Assembly: GCA_013265495.1 (NCBI GenBank) | Contig: MU058384.1 | Location: forward strand, 1,055,690 to 1,119,689 | Length of the DNA stretch: 64,000 nucleotides | Direction of reading: 5' to 3' | DNA from: Vicugna vicugna | Lineage: Eukaryota | Shown here: one piece after another, positions 28,627 through 42,639 of the stretch | Layout: every line of letters starts with the position of its first letter | How positions within the stretch are numbered: position 1 is the stretch's first letter | Program-made: the position numbers and the translations under genes | Notes under the pieces: model-generated | The model's input: only the letters and a program-made list of their open reading frames with translations | Databases searched by the model: none | What the model was told of the DNA's origin: nothing

Positions 28627-29170
28627 AAAAAAGATAAGACTATTTTTCTAGGAAAATAAAAATTATCAAAATTTACCTACAAAAAAAAAATTACATGGAC
28701 AAAATTGAGCCAGGTTCTTAAAGACTACATAAAGAATGTCAGGCCCAGGTGATTTTTCTTAGTGAAATCTATCAAAACTTCAAGAAACTGATAAACTTTC
28801 TATGATTTTTAATCTTTCAGAGCTTACATACAGAAGACATTATTTCAGATTATATTTATGGGACAATATTAACATTAATATTTAAAGCAGAAATACAAAT
28901 TTAATAAAATGGAAAAATATTTCTAAACAAAATGTTAACCATAATGTGACAGTAGCATATTAAAAAGTAAAATGCTGTCATCAAGTTTGTTGAATGCTAA
29001 AGCTTTTCAATATTAGAACTACTGAAATTCATCATGTTAATATGGAAAAGTAATAAAACAATTTGTCAACTCCATGATTTCCAAAAAGGGATTTGAAAAA
29101 GTCCACATCCATTTCTGACAAAATTCTTAATTAAAAAAAAAGGTCCCTTAACATATCAAAAGCATATATG

Positions 29171-30366
29171 GAATCTCCATACTGTTTTCCATAAATGGCT
29201 TCACCAAACTACATTCCCACCAACAGTATAGGAGCCTTCTCTTTTCTCCACACCCACTCCAGCAATTATCAGTTGTGGTCTTTTTAATGATGGCCATTCT
29301 GACTGGTGTGAGGTGATAACTCATTGTAGTTTTGATTTGCATTTTTCTGATAATTAGCACTATCGAGCATTTTTTCATGTGCCTATTGGCCATTTGTATG
29401 TCTTCACTGGAGAACTGCTTGTTTAGGTCTTCTGCCTATTTTTGGATTGGGTTGTATGTTTTTTTCAAGTTGTATGAGCTGCCTATATATTCTGGAAATT
29501 AAGCCCTTGTCAGTCTCATCTTTTGCAAATATTTTCTCCCATTTCCATAGGTTGCCTTTTTGTTTTGCTTATGGTTTCCTTTGCTGTGTAAAAACTTGTA
29601 AGCTTAATTAAGTCCCATTTATTTCTTTTTGCTTTTATTTCTATTGCCTGGGTAGGCTGCCCTAGGAGAACATTGCTAAAATTTGTATTTTTGATACATC
29701 AAAAAACTAAAGTAGACTTACCATATGATCCAGCAATCCTACTCCTGGGCATATGTCTGGAGGGAACACTAATTCAAAAAGATACATGCACCCCAATGTT
29801 CATAGTGGCACTATATACAATAGTCAAGACACAGAAAGAACCTAAATGTCCATCAACAGAAGACTGGATGAAGAAGCTGTGATACAGTTATACAATGGAG
29901 TACTACTTAGCCATAAAAAGGAATAAAATAATGCCATTTGCAGCAACATGGGTGGACCTGGAGATTGTCATTCTAAGTGAAGTAAGCCAGAAGGAGAAAG
30001 AAAAATAACATTTCATATCACTCGTGTGTGAAATCTAAAAAAAGAAAAGAGAAAGCACAAATGAACTTATCTACAAAACAGAAACAGACTCACAGACATA
30101 GGAAACGAACATATGGTTACTGGGGGGAAAGGAGGTGGAAAGGGATAAATTGGGAGTTTGAGATTTGAAAATATTAACTACTGTATATAAAATAGATAAA
30201 CAACAAGTTTCTTCTGTATGGCACAGGAAACTGTAGTATCTTGTAGTAACCTACAGTGAAAAAGAATACAAAAGCGAATATATGTATATATATGTATGAC
30301 TGAAACATCACGCTCTACACCAGAAATTGACACATAGTAAACTGACTATACTTCAATTAAATTTAA
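29171..30366 (+). mobile_element. Young L1 with 5' inversion (29171-~29686 inverted; ~29699-30366 sense)
   Basis: Minus-strand ORF2 C-terminal peptide ends ...MENSMEIP and the plus strand continues with ...[12 protein letters not shown], then the 3' UTR and A-tail. TSD aaaagcatatatg / aaaagcacatgtg. Confidence 0.95.
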
Positions 30367-30426
30367 AAAAGCACATGTGTATTTCAAATGAAAAGCCAGC
30401 ATCATACGCAATAGCATGATAACATA

Positions 30427-30605
30427 AGGCAGTTCTCAAAGTCTGGCCCCTGGACCAGTTGTTTCAGAAGCACCTAGGAACTTGTTAGAAATACAAATGT
30501 GCCCATTCCCACAACCTACTAAGAGTCTGGGTGTGGGACCCAGCAATCTATATTTTCACAAGCCTTTCATAAGAATTATTTCATGCTAAAGTTTGAGAAC
30601 CATTT
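30427..30605 (+). mobile_element. MER5A-like hAT-Charlie MITE
   Basis: TIRs gttctcaaa / tttgagaac, with the internal gaacttgttagaaatacaaat and gggacccagcaatctatatttt. Confidence 0.9.
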
Positions 30606-31691
30606 ATATAAGTGAATGACACTAAAATCAGAGGCAATACAAAGAAGCTTTTAGAACTACTGCTGTTTAACATTATAATAGAAATATTAGACAATTTTAC
30701 TGGAGAAGAGTGTGAAATATGAGTGTAAAAACGGACAAATGAGAATAATATTATCATTTAAAAATACTGTATGATTATATATCTGAAAAATATTAGCAAA
30801 TTTACTGTAAAAAGCATTAATATCCACAGTAGGATTTAGTAAAATGGCTGATTATAAGATTAATATATACACATAAACAGGTTTTCTATAGGGAAACTAA
30901 ACATAGTGATATTATTTCATTATATTTTCTATTTATTAGACTAAATAATGTTCTATTAAAAATAAAAATATACTTTCATTACATCTGAATAAAAATGCCA
31001 GCGACATATTTTTTGAAAGATAAGAGAAGCTAACACTACGGGTTGTGTGAGAATAATTAGAAACATTTTGAAAAATGATGAGTAATGAATGGGGACTGAC
31101 TCAATGCATTGTAATATAAAGAGTTACAGCAATTCTAACACTGTGTTACTGGCAAAAGAATAGACAGATCACTTGAACAGAATAGAGAGAAGCATAAATA
31201 TTTAAATATGTAATACATGATAAAAATGACACTTCAAAGCAGTGGGGAAATATGTTTCATTCAGTAAACTCTTCTGGGTCCACTGAGCTTTTTTATTTGG
31301 AAAATAAAAGCTTGGTTCTTAACTTATAATTTACACCAAAATAATTTTCTAATGAATGAAAGATTTAAATGTAAAATATTAAAAATGAAAAGTACTAGGA
31401 AAAAATGAGCAATTACCCAAAAATGCCAATTACAGAAGCGGAATTCATACAAAGATATACTTAACTACATAAAATTTAAAAGCCTTTAAACAACCAAATA
31501 ATGTAATAGCAGTGGTAATATATAAAGGAAAAACTGAAGGAAAAGAACTAAAATATACTAGTTCTGTAGGAGTTCCAAAAAACTCCTATATTTGGCGAAA
31601 TCTAAAACTGTCAAGATACATTAAGTGAAATAGTAGTAAGGTTTAGGATAGTCTCTATTAGTGTGCCTTAATTTGAGCCAGAAAAATGCAA

Positions 31692-31731
<40 letters not shown>
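31692..31731. repeat. Compound (TA)n(CA)n microsatellite
   Basis: Directly visible. Confidence 0.95.
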
Positions 31732-32694
31732 GTTCATTCTCAGGATATGTCTGAGGATCCATCCAAGAAACTGTAGATGGTCGTTATCTCCTAAGACTAA
31801 GACTACGGGTATGAGATGAGAGGGAGTCTCTCTTTTAATTGTATATACTGTTAAAATAGAATACCCTTAATGTATTTATATTTAAAAAAAAAACAAAGAA
31901 AAACAAACTACAGTAAATTTCCAAGCTGCAATGAAATACCAAGCAAATAGGGAAATGTGTCTATTCACAGATATAGAAATTAAATGAATGCGTTAGTATT
32001 ATGTGATAAAACACATATAATCACTTACCTTTGGTGAAAATTTATATTGGTGCAAATAGTATGGACAAAAGGTTAGTAACAGTATCGATAAAACATTTAA
32101 AAGACAACCCCACCCCCAGTGAACCAGAGAGTAACTGAATGAATTTGTTCAACAATTACATGTATCCATGTATTCAAATATATATATATTTCAAATGTGT
32201 ATATATATATATATACACACACACAAATATTATTATATGATTATCATGACATTGATTATGGTTTTTAAAAAAGGAAAGAAACAACTTAACAATCCGTGAA
32301 TAAAAAGGCTAATTAATTTTACACCACACTGCTAATTATAAAGAATGAGATCCCCCTATATTTAGTGAAATATAAAACTGTCAAGATATATTAAGTGAAA
32401 TAACAGTAGGATATAAGCCAGTCTCTGATAGTATGCCCTAATTTGTGTTAGTAAGGAAAGAAGTATTTATATGAACATGCACAGAATATGTCTGAGACTT
32501 TGCCCAAGAAACTCTAGGTGGCCATTATATCTGGAGACTAGGATTACAGGTATGAGATAAGCATGAGTTTCTCCTTTCATTGCGTACACTTTTGTATTTC
32601 TCTTTGACCATGCATAAGATATGAATATAAATTAAAAAATAATAATCACATAATACTTCAACACTAAAATACTGCTGAAGATTTTAGTAAGTTG

Positions 32695-32890
32695 GACATA
32701 GCAGTAGCCAGTATTTATTGAAGTCTGCTATGATTGACACTGTTCTAATGGTTCAGATACATTATTTATTGTAAAAATAATTTTTTAAAGTGGTTACTTG
32801 TAACAAGTAGTTATATATTTTACAGTTGGAGAAACAAAGCACAGAAAAGTTAAATCATTGGTCAATGTCAAATAGCTAGTAACTAACCCA
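32695..32890 (-). mobile_element. MIR SINE
   Basis: tatttattgaagtctgcta...tttacagttggagaaacaaagcacagaaaagttaaatca...agctagtaa. Confidence 0.75.
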
Positions 32891-34659
32891 TTTACTTACC
32901 CATGTAGTAAAATTCAACATTAAAATGCTTGGCAACTAAGCTAATCATCGAGCAAAATCCTGGCATATGTTAGACTGTCAATAGTGTTTGTTTGTTTGTT
33001 CTGTCTTTATTTCATGATTGAATTGGTTCATGGATCAATGTCAATCTAGAAAGGGAAATCTATCAGTAAACCACAAAACTGTCCAATTTAACACTTACAT
33101 TAACTACTTGGATAAGAGCACAAAGGCAAGCACGTAATTTTACTAGAAGATATTCAAAACATAAAATGACCATATGTTTATTCAAATAATAATAAAAGAG
33201 AAATATTGCAGAGACAGCCATGCACAATGTCATGACTGAGAGTAAATGTAGAATTTTGGTAAGAAGTCATAGGTTAAATTTGAACAGATATATCTATACC
33301 TAAGGTCACTAAAAACAGATTTCAACTTTATTTACATACCTTTGGCAGAAAGATTAAGTGAAATCCAGACATAGAATTTAAATGATCTCATTAATCATTC
33401 CAGACATCTTTGGTAATGGTATAACCTGTGAAAGAAACATTTTTTCCCAGTTTTTAAAGGTTTTCATGATTCACAATACAGTATATAATAAAAGCAGAAT
33501 AAGTCTCTTTTCTGTTGAACAATGTGACATATTAAAATTGAATTTACTGTATAAAAAGATTCAGAATCAAAACTTTATAGAAAACTCAGCAAATTTGATT
33601 TGATAAAGTTAAAGTAATTCTGTAAGACACAATTAGGAAATGTGAATTTAAAGAAAAACCATCATTGGATACATGTTGTTATTCTAACATTCTATTTTTT
33701 TTTTTTTTTGCCAAGTAACCCAGTGGGGTCAGATACCAGTGTAGGAAACTAGCTCAATTTAGGTTCTTTTAGTCAAGTCACTCATCTAGAAAGTTATATT
33801 TCAAGTAACTAAATTCTTATGAAATATTTCTTTAAATTTTTTTCAATAGTGCCTAGCTTTTGCTTATTCCTTTTATATATAACAGAAGCTAAAATTAACG
33901 ATTTACTATTCCTCTATGAAAGAACTTTGAAAATAATAAAAAAATCACAGGTTAATGATCTTGTATAGGGAAGGTCAGATGCCAGAAACTTTTTATAGCA
34001 CTTTCTAAAAACAACTATATATTACATCAAAAGAGTCAATGAAGCCAGCCCATAAATTTGCAAGGTGCCTAGGTTCAACAGACTGAAAATCATTAAAGCC
34101 ATTGAAATCAATACACTGTTCTCATGGATACAGTCTGTTAACTAATCAGGGCTTAAATGATTCTGCCTGCTGGAATATAAATGTCTCACTACTTTGGATA
34201 TAATGTTTGGATCAAGCTTTTAGTTATTAAACATGCCAGATTCATTAGAAATGACCATTGATTCCACAATCAATGAACTATATTCACAAATTCCTGAAAG
34301 GATTATTTATTAAAGTCCTCTATTACAGATAAATTCAGTGATCTTTGGCAATTTGGGTAATTGGTAAACTGAAGGTTTTCATACTTAAAGTCCCTATATA
34401 ATGGAGAAATAATTTGTTACTGAGCTTTATATATCTTCATAACAGCTTCTTTCCTCATTTTAAATTTGACAAATGCTGACTACAGATTTTTTGATATATA
34501 TGAAAAATCATAACAGAACACAAAGTTTATGAATCATCCAATTATATTTCAAATAAACACACACACATACTTATCATGCCTAAACACATAGATGTTTATG
34601 TGTGTAAATATGTGTGTATGCATATATGTACACGTTCAAACAGAAACTAATGCATACTT

Positions 34660-35180
34660 AAATTTAACTTTTTATTACATAAATTTACTTTAAGCATACA
34701 AAAAAGGAGAAAGAATAGTGTAATGAACCCCCTGTGTCCATCACTCAGATCCAACAATCACTTTTTCACTACTGATTTATCTACATCCCTCCTTGCTGTT
34801 TTTGGTAATGTAACCTAAAAATGGACTCTAGACATATCACTCAACATATCTTCTAATGTGATCAGATTTTTTATAACTATTTTTATTATCACCATGTGAG
34901 GTATGTTTTTCTGTAAGGAAATATTCTTCATAGTGTAATTTCAAAATGGTTGCAGAGTATTTAAACTTATTACTGTGATATAATTTATGTAGCCCTTACC
35001 CTACTGTTGAACATTTCATTTGTTTATTTTTACCTATTCTAATTTCAGTTTTGATCTATATTCTAGTTATTAGACCTTTGCACATATTCATTATGATTTC
35101 CTTAGAATACATTTCTAGAGGCAGAATTTCTGGTCAAAGGGCATACTAACTCTAAGGGATTTTTTTGATATATATTTGAC
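34660..35180 (-). mobile_element. L1ME-like 3' end
   Basis: gagaaagaatagtgtaatgaaccccctgtgtccatcactcag and atttccttagaatacatttctagaggcagaatttctggtcaaaggg. Confidence 0.7.
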
Positions 35181-37029
35181 ATCAGGCTATATTTAAAATG
35201 AAAAGGTTAATATTAATGGATTAAATGCTAAATTATTCATTAAAGGAAAAAAATCTGACAGATAACTTTTAGATTGAATATCTTAGCTTTTTAAATACAG
35301 CAGTGTCTTGTGGTTTGAAGGGATGTTTGCATTTCCTTTATGATGTGTGCATTTCTGTGGGAAAAAAACAGGCTTTTTAATTGCCTTTGCAAGTATTAAC
35401 TAATTAGTTTTCCCAATAAACCTATTAGGTAGGCAACATTATTACTAGTCTGCCATCGTGAAACTATGTTAATGAAGTAGTAAAGCTGACTATCCTGGAG
35501 CCATCTCCTATTGATCTTTTAATGTAGATGATCAGAGCACACAGATAGTCCACATATGAATAAAGACTTCAGAACTGGTTTTTAGATAGGCTTCCCCAAA
35601 TGAGAAAAAACAAAAAGAACAGCCAGGGAAAGGAACTGAATTAGAACTGGAATGTCCTCACCAGCTTAAAACACAATAAGAATAAATAAAATATAATTAG
35701 AACTGCATTTTTGGCAACATTAACTTCAACAATTTTTTCAGTTTATTAGTCAAAATAATTTTAATAAAAATGTTGTAGCATTTGTAATCCCCATAATGTC
35801 TATGCAAATATAAAATATAATCAGTAAATAATTTTCTTCTGGAAATTAGCACAATTTCCAAGAAAGCATTTTTTTTCACATAAAATTTTAGGTTTTTTGG
35901 GGTTTTTTTTGGTATGTATTACTCAGTATTTGGTGACATGTTTTAGAACAATGATAGAATGAATAGTTTGTACTACTCTCTGTTCTTTGTTAAACTTTTT
36001 TACAGATCTCTTGCAGTACTGCAAATACTTCTCCCTAAAAAGCAATTAAAAAAACACACAGAGAGACGGAATGTTCTTTGCAAAATTTAGTGTACAAGTC
36101 ATAGGGAGCAGGTGGTTGATTCAAAGAGCCTTACACTTGAGTATTGAACTATGCAGTACTGAAGGGGCAGTAAACAAGGGGGGCCAGGGAAGAGCTGGTT
36201 CCAGAAAGCCAAAGGAAGGAATTTTCAAGAGGTAGTCAAAGCCCTCTTAGGCAGGTGACTTTGTAAGTATCTATTACTGCCTTCTTTTAGCCACACAAAA
36301 AAACTAGAAAACAGCTATGTATGCATTGAGATTAGCATAACCCTTTAACCTGAGGAAATGTGGGAAACTGAAAGCTAGAGACTCATTCATTTTCTACAGC
36401 CTCTATGAGAACAATATGACAAAAAGGAAAAAATCTAGTCAGTCTGAGAGGAAAGGGCCAGAGTCTGGCCTTAGCTGTGATTCTTTGAAAGAGATGAAGT
36501 TAAGGATTTTTTTTTTCACATAAATATAACCTATGTCAACAGACCATTATAAATACATTTTGGAAATAAATCCCTATGAAAACATTTTTTAAAGGAGTGA
36601 AACTGAATCACTAGAAAAAAATAGCCTAATAACTTTGATCAACCTACAGAGATGACTACAACCTCACTCAAAAATACCAGTTTGAGCTTTGGATATACCA
36701 CTGTTGGGCCTTAACTTCATTTGATTTGCATCAAATTAATATAAGTAGATCAAGAAAGAGCAGTACATTTAGAAACCTTGAACTACAAGATAGAATAGGA
36801 TAACATTGATTGTGCTAAATTTCTGTGTTATAACTGGACTATAGGCATCTCACAAATACTTATTTCAAAACCATAAATAGAGATGCAATACAGTATCTAT
36901 GAACTTCTGTTACATCTTACTTGGACTATTGCAATAGCTGTGAACTTTACGCTGATTCTATTGTTTATGGAACAGTCAGAATGATCTACTAAAAATGTAT
37001 ATATCAGACCTGTTAAGTCCCTTATTTAA

Positions 37030-37120
37030 TGTTAGCTACTTCACAGAGCTGTTAAGATTAATCAGGATAATATGTGAACAGTGCTGAACAAAGTGCCTGG
37101 CACACAGTCATGGTTGTAGT
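37030..37120 (+). mobile_element. MIR 3' fragment
   Basis: tacttcacagagctgttaagattaatcaggataatatgtg...agtgcctggcacacagt. Confidence 0.75.
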
Positions 37121-37250
37121 CATAGCTGTGGGGACAAGAGGAACTACTATCATCGCCATCACCATCATCGCATCACCATCATCATCATACGTAACCCAGA
37201 CCAGTGGCTGATCATTTTAGGTTAAGACCGGGCATCTTGGTATCAAGTAA

Positions 37251-38048
37251 TGTATGGGGCCTGAGGTTTTACCCTACTTGCGAGCTGGAAAGTGAGACTG
37301 TTATTGTGTCAAGGGTACTAGAGAAAGACGTAAGATACAAAAGGCTTTATTAATCACAGCAAAAGCAGTGGTCAGAACTTCATTTTCGTTTGTGGAAGTT
37401 TGCCATAATTCTTTAGTTCAAATTTCACAGGACTGATACAAAGGGCTTATATCAGTCTGTTGGATGCTGTAACAAAGTACTGCAGTTCATGTGGCTTAAA
37501 CATTAGATTTTCTTACGCTTTTGATGGACCAGAAGTCCAAGGTCAATGTGCTGGTGGGGCCAGTGTCCAGTAAGAACTCTCTCCTTAGTTTGCAGGTGGC
37601 TACCTTCTCCCTTGATCCTACCTGGTGCAGAGAAAGAGAAAGAGATCTCTCCCTTCCTTTTCTAATAAGGCCACATTTCTATTGAATTAGGGGCCCATTC
37701 TTTTGACTTTATTTAATTATCTCCTTAGACCTGATCTCTAGATACAGTCTCATTAGGGGTTAGGGCTTAGCTTATGAATTTTGGCGAAACAGCTCAGTAT
37801 TGGATGTTTGCACATGCAGTGTGTTACACTGTAGGAGAGAACCACTGATTATGGGAGCTTTATTGTTTTTTTGATGAGTGGAAGGAAGCCAGCTCTATGT
37901 ATATAGATAGATTTCACTCATCTCACTGCAAACACAGCCTCTAGAAATGGTCCAGGAAAACAGCATAGTCAGGACATGGCGTTTTTGGCATACCCAGTAA
38001 GAATGAGAAGAGAAGCCTGGGGCCCATGGCAGACTGCCTTTTCCAATA
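37251..38048 (-). mobile_element. ERVL LTR (MER74-like), interrupted by MLT1A/B
   Basis: Minus-strand start ...ggcagtctgccatgggcccc...ttcttactgggtatgccaaaaa resembles MER74. AATAAA lies on the minus strand near 37345. Confidence 0.7.
37448..37800 (-). mobile_element. MaLR LTR (MLT1A/B-like)
   Basis: gctgtaacaaagtac...gtggcttaaac...agaagtccaaggtcaa...ggggttagggcttagcttatgaattttgg. Confidence 0.88.
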
Positions 38049-39859
38049 CCAAGATGGAACAGAACCACAGTGCATGTGTTTCTGCCTACCTTGGACTATT
38101 GCTATAGGCCTGGCTTTAACTGAAACCATTCCGTCAGCAATGTGTCTTCAGTGTTTATGGAGGAAGGAGGAAGGGAAACATTCCCCAAAAGCTAATACTC
38201 CCTGGTGCCAGGTTGCTAACACGGATCAGTGAACAAAGGAAGACTCAGACAGAACTAGGAACAACAGGAGAAAAAAGCGTATCCTGTAGTCTCCGTCAGT
38301 TTGTCCACTGAGGGGAAGACTTTTCTTCTAAGAGAACTGTTAAAAAGGAAGAGGAAAGATATCTAGCCTACAGTGGCGACTTATTTATTTGTTACATTAT
38401 TTCTTTTTCTTGGCTGGTCTATGTGAGTCATAAAGTTTTTGGTTTCAGAAACATAAGTGAGCATTCCAATCAGAATCTGCCAGGATCTTGAAAGTAAAAT
38501 CACAGATATACCTGCACTAAATATATTGGTACAAAGAACCAATTGTTCTTGGATATTATGGGTTTATTCTTAGCAATGTATTAAAAAGCAGTAAGCTCTG
38601 CCAGAGTTATACTACTAGTTTGAATGTATCTGAAAACATTTTAAAAACTAAAAATCATTTTTAATTAAAAAATTGTTTTCAATAATAAGACCTTATTTAT
38701 CTATAATAAATGTTAAACATTATCTATTATCTGTTATTTATTTATACACTAATCTTTAACTGGATAGGGACACATTTTTTAGAATAGACTATGAAAGACT
38801 ATTAAGAAGAGTAGCCTCTTGCCTGGTACCATCATTTTGAAATCTGATATTTTTCTTGTTTTTTATATTTAATCATGCTTACATTTCAATAATACATTGC
38901 TTTTTTTTTTTACTAGTTAATAGTAAATACAAAAATCCATTATGGTTGTATTATTATTATTATTATTATATTATAGTAGTGATATAATTATTCTTGAATG
39001 TTTACACTTTCCTGCTATAATTTTCTTTACTTTTGATCCAGCATTCCAGGACTATATTTGCTGTTGTAGCATCTCTGGGCTCAGTAATTAATATTTGGCT
39101 TGGGTGCTTATCTTTTTATCCATTGATCACTAGCAACACTACCATTCTTCAACTGAGAATTTCTACTTCTTGTGGTCACTATGTATAAATAGAAAAAAAA
39201 AAACAACCTCTCTTATGTGTGAACTAAAATGTTTATTTGACATTTTAACCAAAATATTATGTGTCTAAATTTATTTCTTTTATTTTTATTTCTTCTTGAG
39301 ATATTTCTCCATATTCCTATAACACCTTTTACTAAAGATCACATTCTTCTACAATTTAATCAAAGTCATTAGGGACACACCTAAATACAGTGCTGATCAC
39401 ACAGAGATCATATTTATGTGTATGGTAGTAGCATGCAATATATAGTTGTTCAGTTGTATAATTAATAGAATTTAATTTTGGTTAAGTTAATTAAGTATGA
39501 GAAATTACATCTGTAAAGATTAAAGCTCAATGGATATAAAGTTTACTTTATATAAACCAAAGTACCTTTAAAATTATTTTTTATTAACTTCACAGTCATA
39601 AAATTTTAAATCCAGTTTTTATATAAGTGTAAATAAATTTATACATTAAGTGGTGTATTTCAACTACATCACAAGTTTAGCTATTCTAAGAAGAGGTTAT
39701 CAAGTAATATTTTATGTATATCAGATAAAAATATTGTTATACAAAAATATGCTTATTTAATTTTGTGTATGATACAATACCCCAAAACTATGCTTTTTAA
39801 TATCTAGAGAAACCACATACATGCACACACACACACACAAAGAAACACAGTAAAAAAAA

Positions 39860-42262
39860 ATCAGTGAATTAAGTATAAATTATTAAATAATTCAAAAGAA
39901 GGCAGAAAAAGAACAAAGAGGTGAAAAACAGAGGGACAAAGAGAATGCTAATAATAAAAATGACATGTAAATCTAATCATATAAGAAATTGCATTAAATG
40001 TAAATGATCTAAACACACTAATTATAAGATAGATGTTTCAGATCAGATAAAAAAGAAAACCAGATCCAACAATGTGCAGTCTGTAAGAAACCATTAGAAA
40101 CATAATGAAGAATGAAGGTTAAAAATCTAAAAATGACAGCGGATGTAACACGCATGATTTATTTAAAAAAAAAAAGGGATAGACAAAGCAGACTTCAGAA
40201 CCAAAATACAATCACTAGGGATAAAGAAAAACATAACATAAGGATATAAAGGTCAACTGTAAATTTTTTAAGAACAAATAAGGATCCTAATTGTGTATGC
40301 ATCCAATAACTGAGCTTCCAGATACATAAAAGAAAGCAGATAGAAGAAAATGAAGAACTAGACAAAGCTGGAATTAAGCTTGGAGACTTAAGGGCACTTT
40401 TCTCAGTGATTAAAATTGCAGGAAGAAATCAGTAAACATATATATGTATACATATAGACATTTATATATATTTTAAAATATATACATATATTTGTTATTA
40501 AATATGAGAGGATAACACTACTGATTCAACAGACATTCAAAGATAATAAAGGAATAATATGGACAACTCTATGCACATAAAGTCAACAATTTAAATGAAA
40601 TTAATCAATTTGCTGAAAGATACAAAATATCAAAACTCATGCTGAAAGAAGTAGATAACCTAAGTAGCAAGATAAAAGGATAGCTAAAACACACTGATTT
40701 TGTAGTTGATAGTCTTCCTGAAAAATAAAGAACAATCCAGTCTTAGATAGTATCATTAGTAAATTTTACCAAACATTTAAAGTTCCAAATAACCATCAGT
40801 TCCACAAAATCTCTTCCAGAAAATAAAAATGTGAAAACTTTTAATTCATTTTATAAAGCCAACCCTATCCTGATAGCCAAACCAGACAGATTTTACCAGA
40901 TTACAAGGAAATAAAACTGTATAGAGGAAAAAAAATGTTCAACAAAATATTAGCAAATTAAACCCAGCAGTACAGAAGAAGAAATCTACATCATGAGGAA
41001 GTCAGGGGTTTATCCCGGTAATGTAAAGGTGGTTTCATCACTTGAAAATCAGTTGACATATTAATAGACTAAACAAGAAAAGCCTCATTTCAAGTCAATT
41101 CAAGCAGTAAGCACATTTGACAAAAGTCAACATCTATCTTTGATTTACAAACAAACAAAAATTTTAGAAAATTTGGAATGGAAGAAAACTTTCTTAATCT
41201 GAAAAATAACATCTACAAAAATCTACAATCACATCAGATTTTACAGTGAAAGCTGAGTAGGTATATGATTAGGAACTTTGTCTAGATGTTTGCTCTTACC
41301 ACACCTATTCAATAATGCACTGAAAGCCATAGCCAATGCAACAAGACAAGGAAGAGAAAGGAAAGACATTCACTTTGGAAAAAAAGCAATGAAACTGTTC
41401 CTATTCTCCAATGACTCATTAGTTTTTGTAGAAAATCCCAAACAATCTACACAAAACAGCTCCTAGAACTCAATCTATTTAGCCTTGTCATGGGATATAA
41501 GATCAACATGTAAAAATTTGTCATATTTCTGTATGGTAACATTGAACAATTTGAAACTTTTTTTAAAGTATACAGTTTATAATACCTTCAAAAAGTTGAC
41601 GTTCTTATTTATAATTCTAAAAAATTATGATCAGAATCTGCAACTATAAGACATTGATGAAAGAAATAAGAAAAATTCTAAATAAATGGAGAGACATATA
41701 CTACTGGAGGACTAGAAAATCTAATATAATTAAGATGTCCATTCTCCCAAATTGATCTACAAATTTTATACAACCTAATATAAAACATAGCAGAATGCTT
41801 TAGAGATATGGACAAGCTGACTAAAAACTATACAGAAAAGTAAAGAAATTCGAATAGACAAAAAACTTTGGAAAAAAATCCAACAAAGTTGGAGGACTCA
41901 CAATGCCCTATTTTAAGATATACTAAAAAGATATAGTACTCAGGATCTGTAGTTTTGGTGAAAAAATAAACACATAAATGGCTGGAACAGAACAGAGATT
42001 CCAGAAATAGAACCTCATAAATATGGTCAATTGATTTTTGACAATGCTACAAAGCAATTCAAATGACAGTCTTTTCCAAAATGGTACTTGAACAACTGGA
42101 CATCTGTTTGCCAAATAACCCCCACCCCTGACACACACACAAGTATTATACTATATCATAACTCATTTAAAATGAACTCAAAGGGATTTAGAGAGCACAT
42201 ATAAAATGTAAACCTCTAAAACTCTTGGAAGAAAACAAAGGAGAATGTCATTATGATCTTGT
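39860..42262 (+). mobile_element. Old L1 ORF2 fragment (endonuclease to RT, decayed, with deletions)
   Basis: ORF2 start motif cattaaatgtaaatgatctaaacac. The RT-like translation CLLLPHLFNNALKAIANATRQ...KLFLFSNDSLVFVENPK corresponds to [21 protein letters not shown]...LSLFADDMIVYLENP. Confidence 0.9.
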
Positions 42263-42639
42263 CTTATTTTGGTATCACATAATGTTGGCCTCACCAAAGT
42301 AAGAAAAGTTTTCTTTTTCTCTCCTCTTCTACTGTCTGCAAGAGGTTTTAAGGAATTGGTAATAAACTGTCTGTAAATGTTGGGTCAAATTTATATCATT
42401 TGAGATTAAAATTTCAAATTTTTCCTTCTTAAGGAGTTTTCAATTATAAATTTACACACACACACACACACATTTTATGCTCTAGCTGTATGCCTCACAT
42501 GTTGAAGAAGCAGAATATGGGAGGCCAAGAAAGAAGCTAAGGCACAGGAAGCACAGAAATATGTCTGATATGTTCACAAAAACACACTCAGGGAAGTTGA
42601 CCTGGCTGGAGCGAGGCATCACTAGTAGGAAAAAATAGT

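Larger units (their letters stand above)
28640..32640 (+). mobile_element. Ancient L1 (L1ME-like) ORF2 and 3' UTR, host to a young L1 and a MER5A
   Basis: Collinear degraded ORF2 motifs (caggcccaggtg...gtgaaatctatcaaaacttcaagaaa; ctggcaaaagaatagacagatcacttgaacagaatagagag; acaccaaaataattttc) continue across the insertions. Confidence 0.7.

Noticed and set aside
29148..29882. ORFs with real protein similarity (also 28265, 41278, 43490, 43890)
   Set aside because: These are fragments of L1 ORF2p in truncated, disrupted elements, not host genes or an active RT system.
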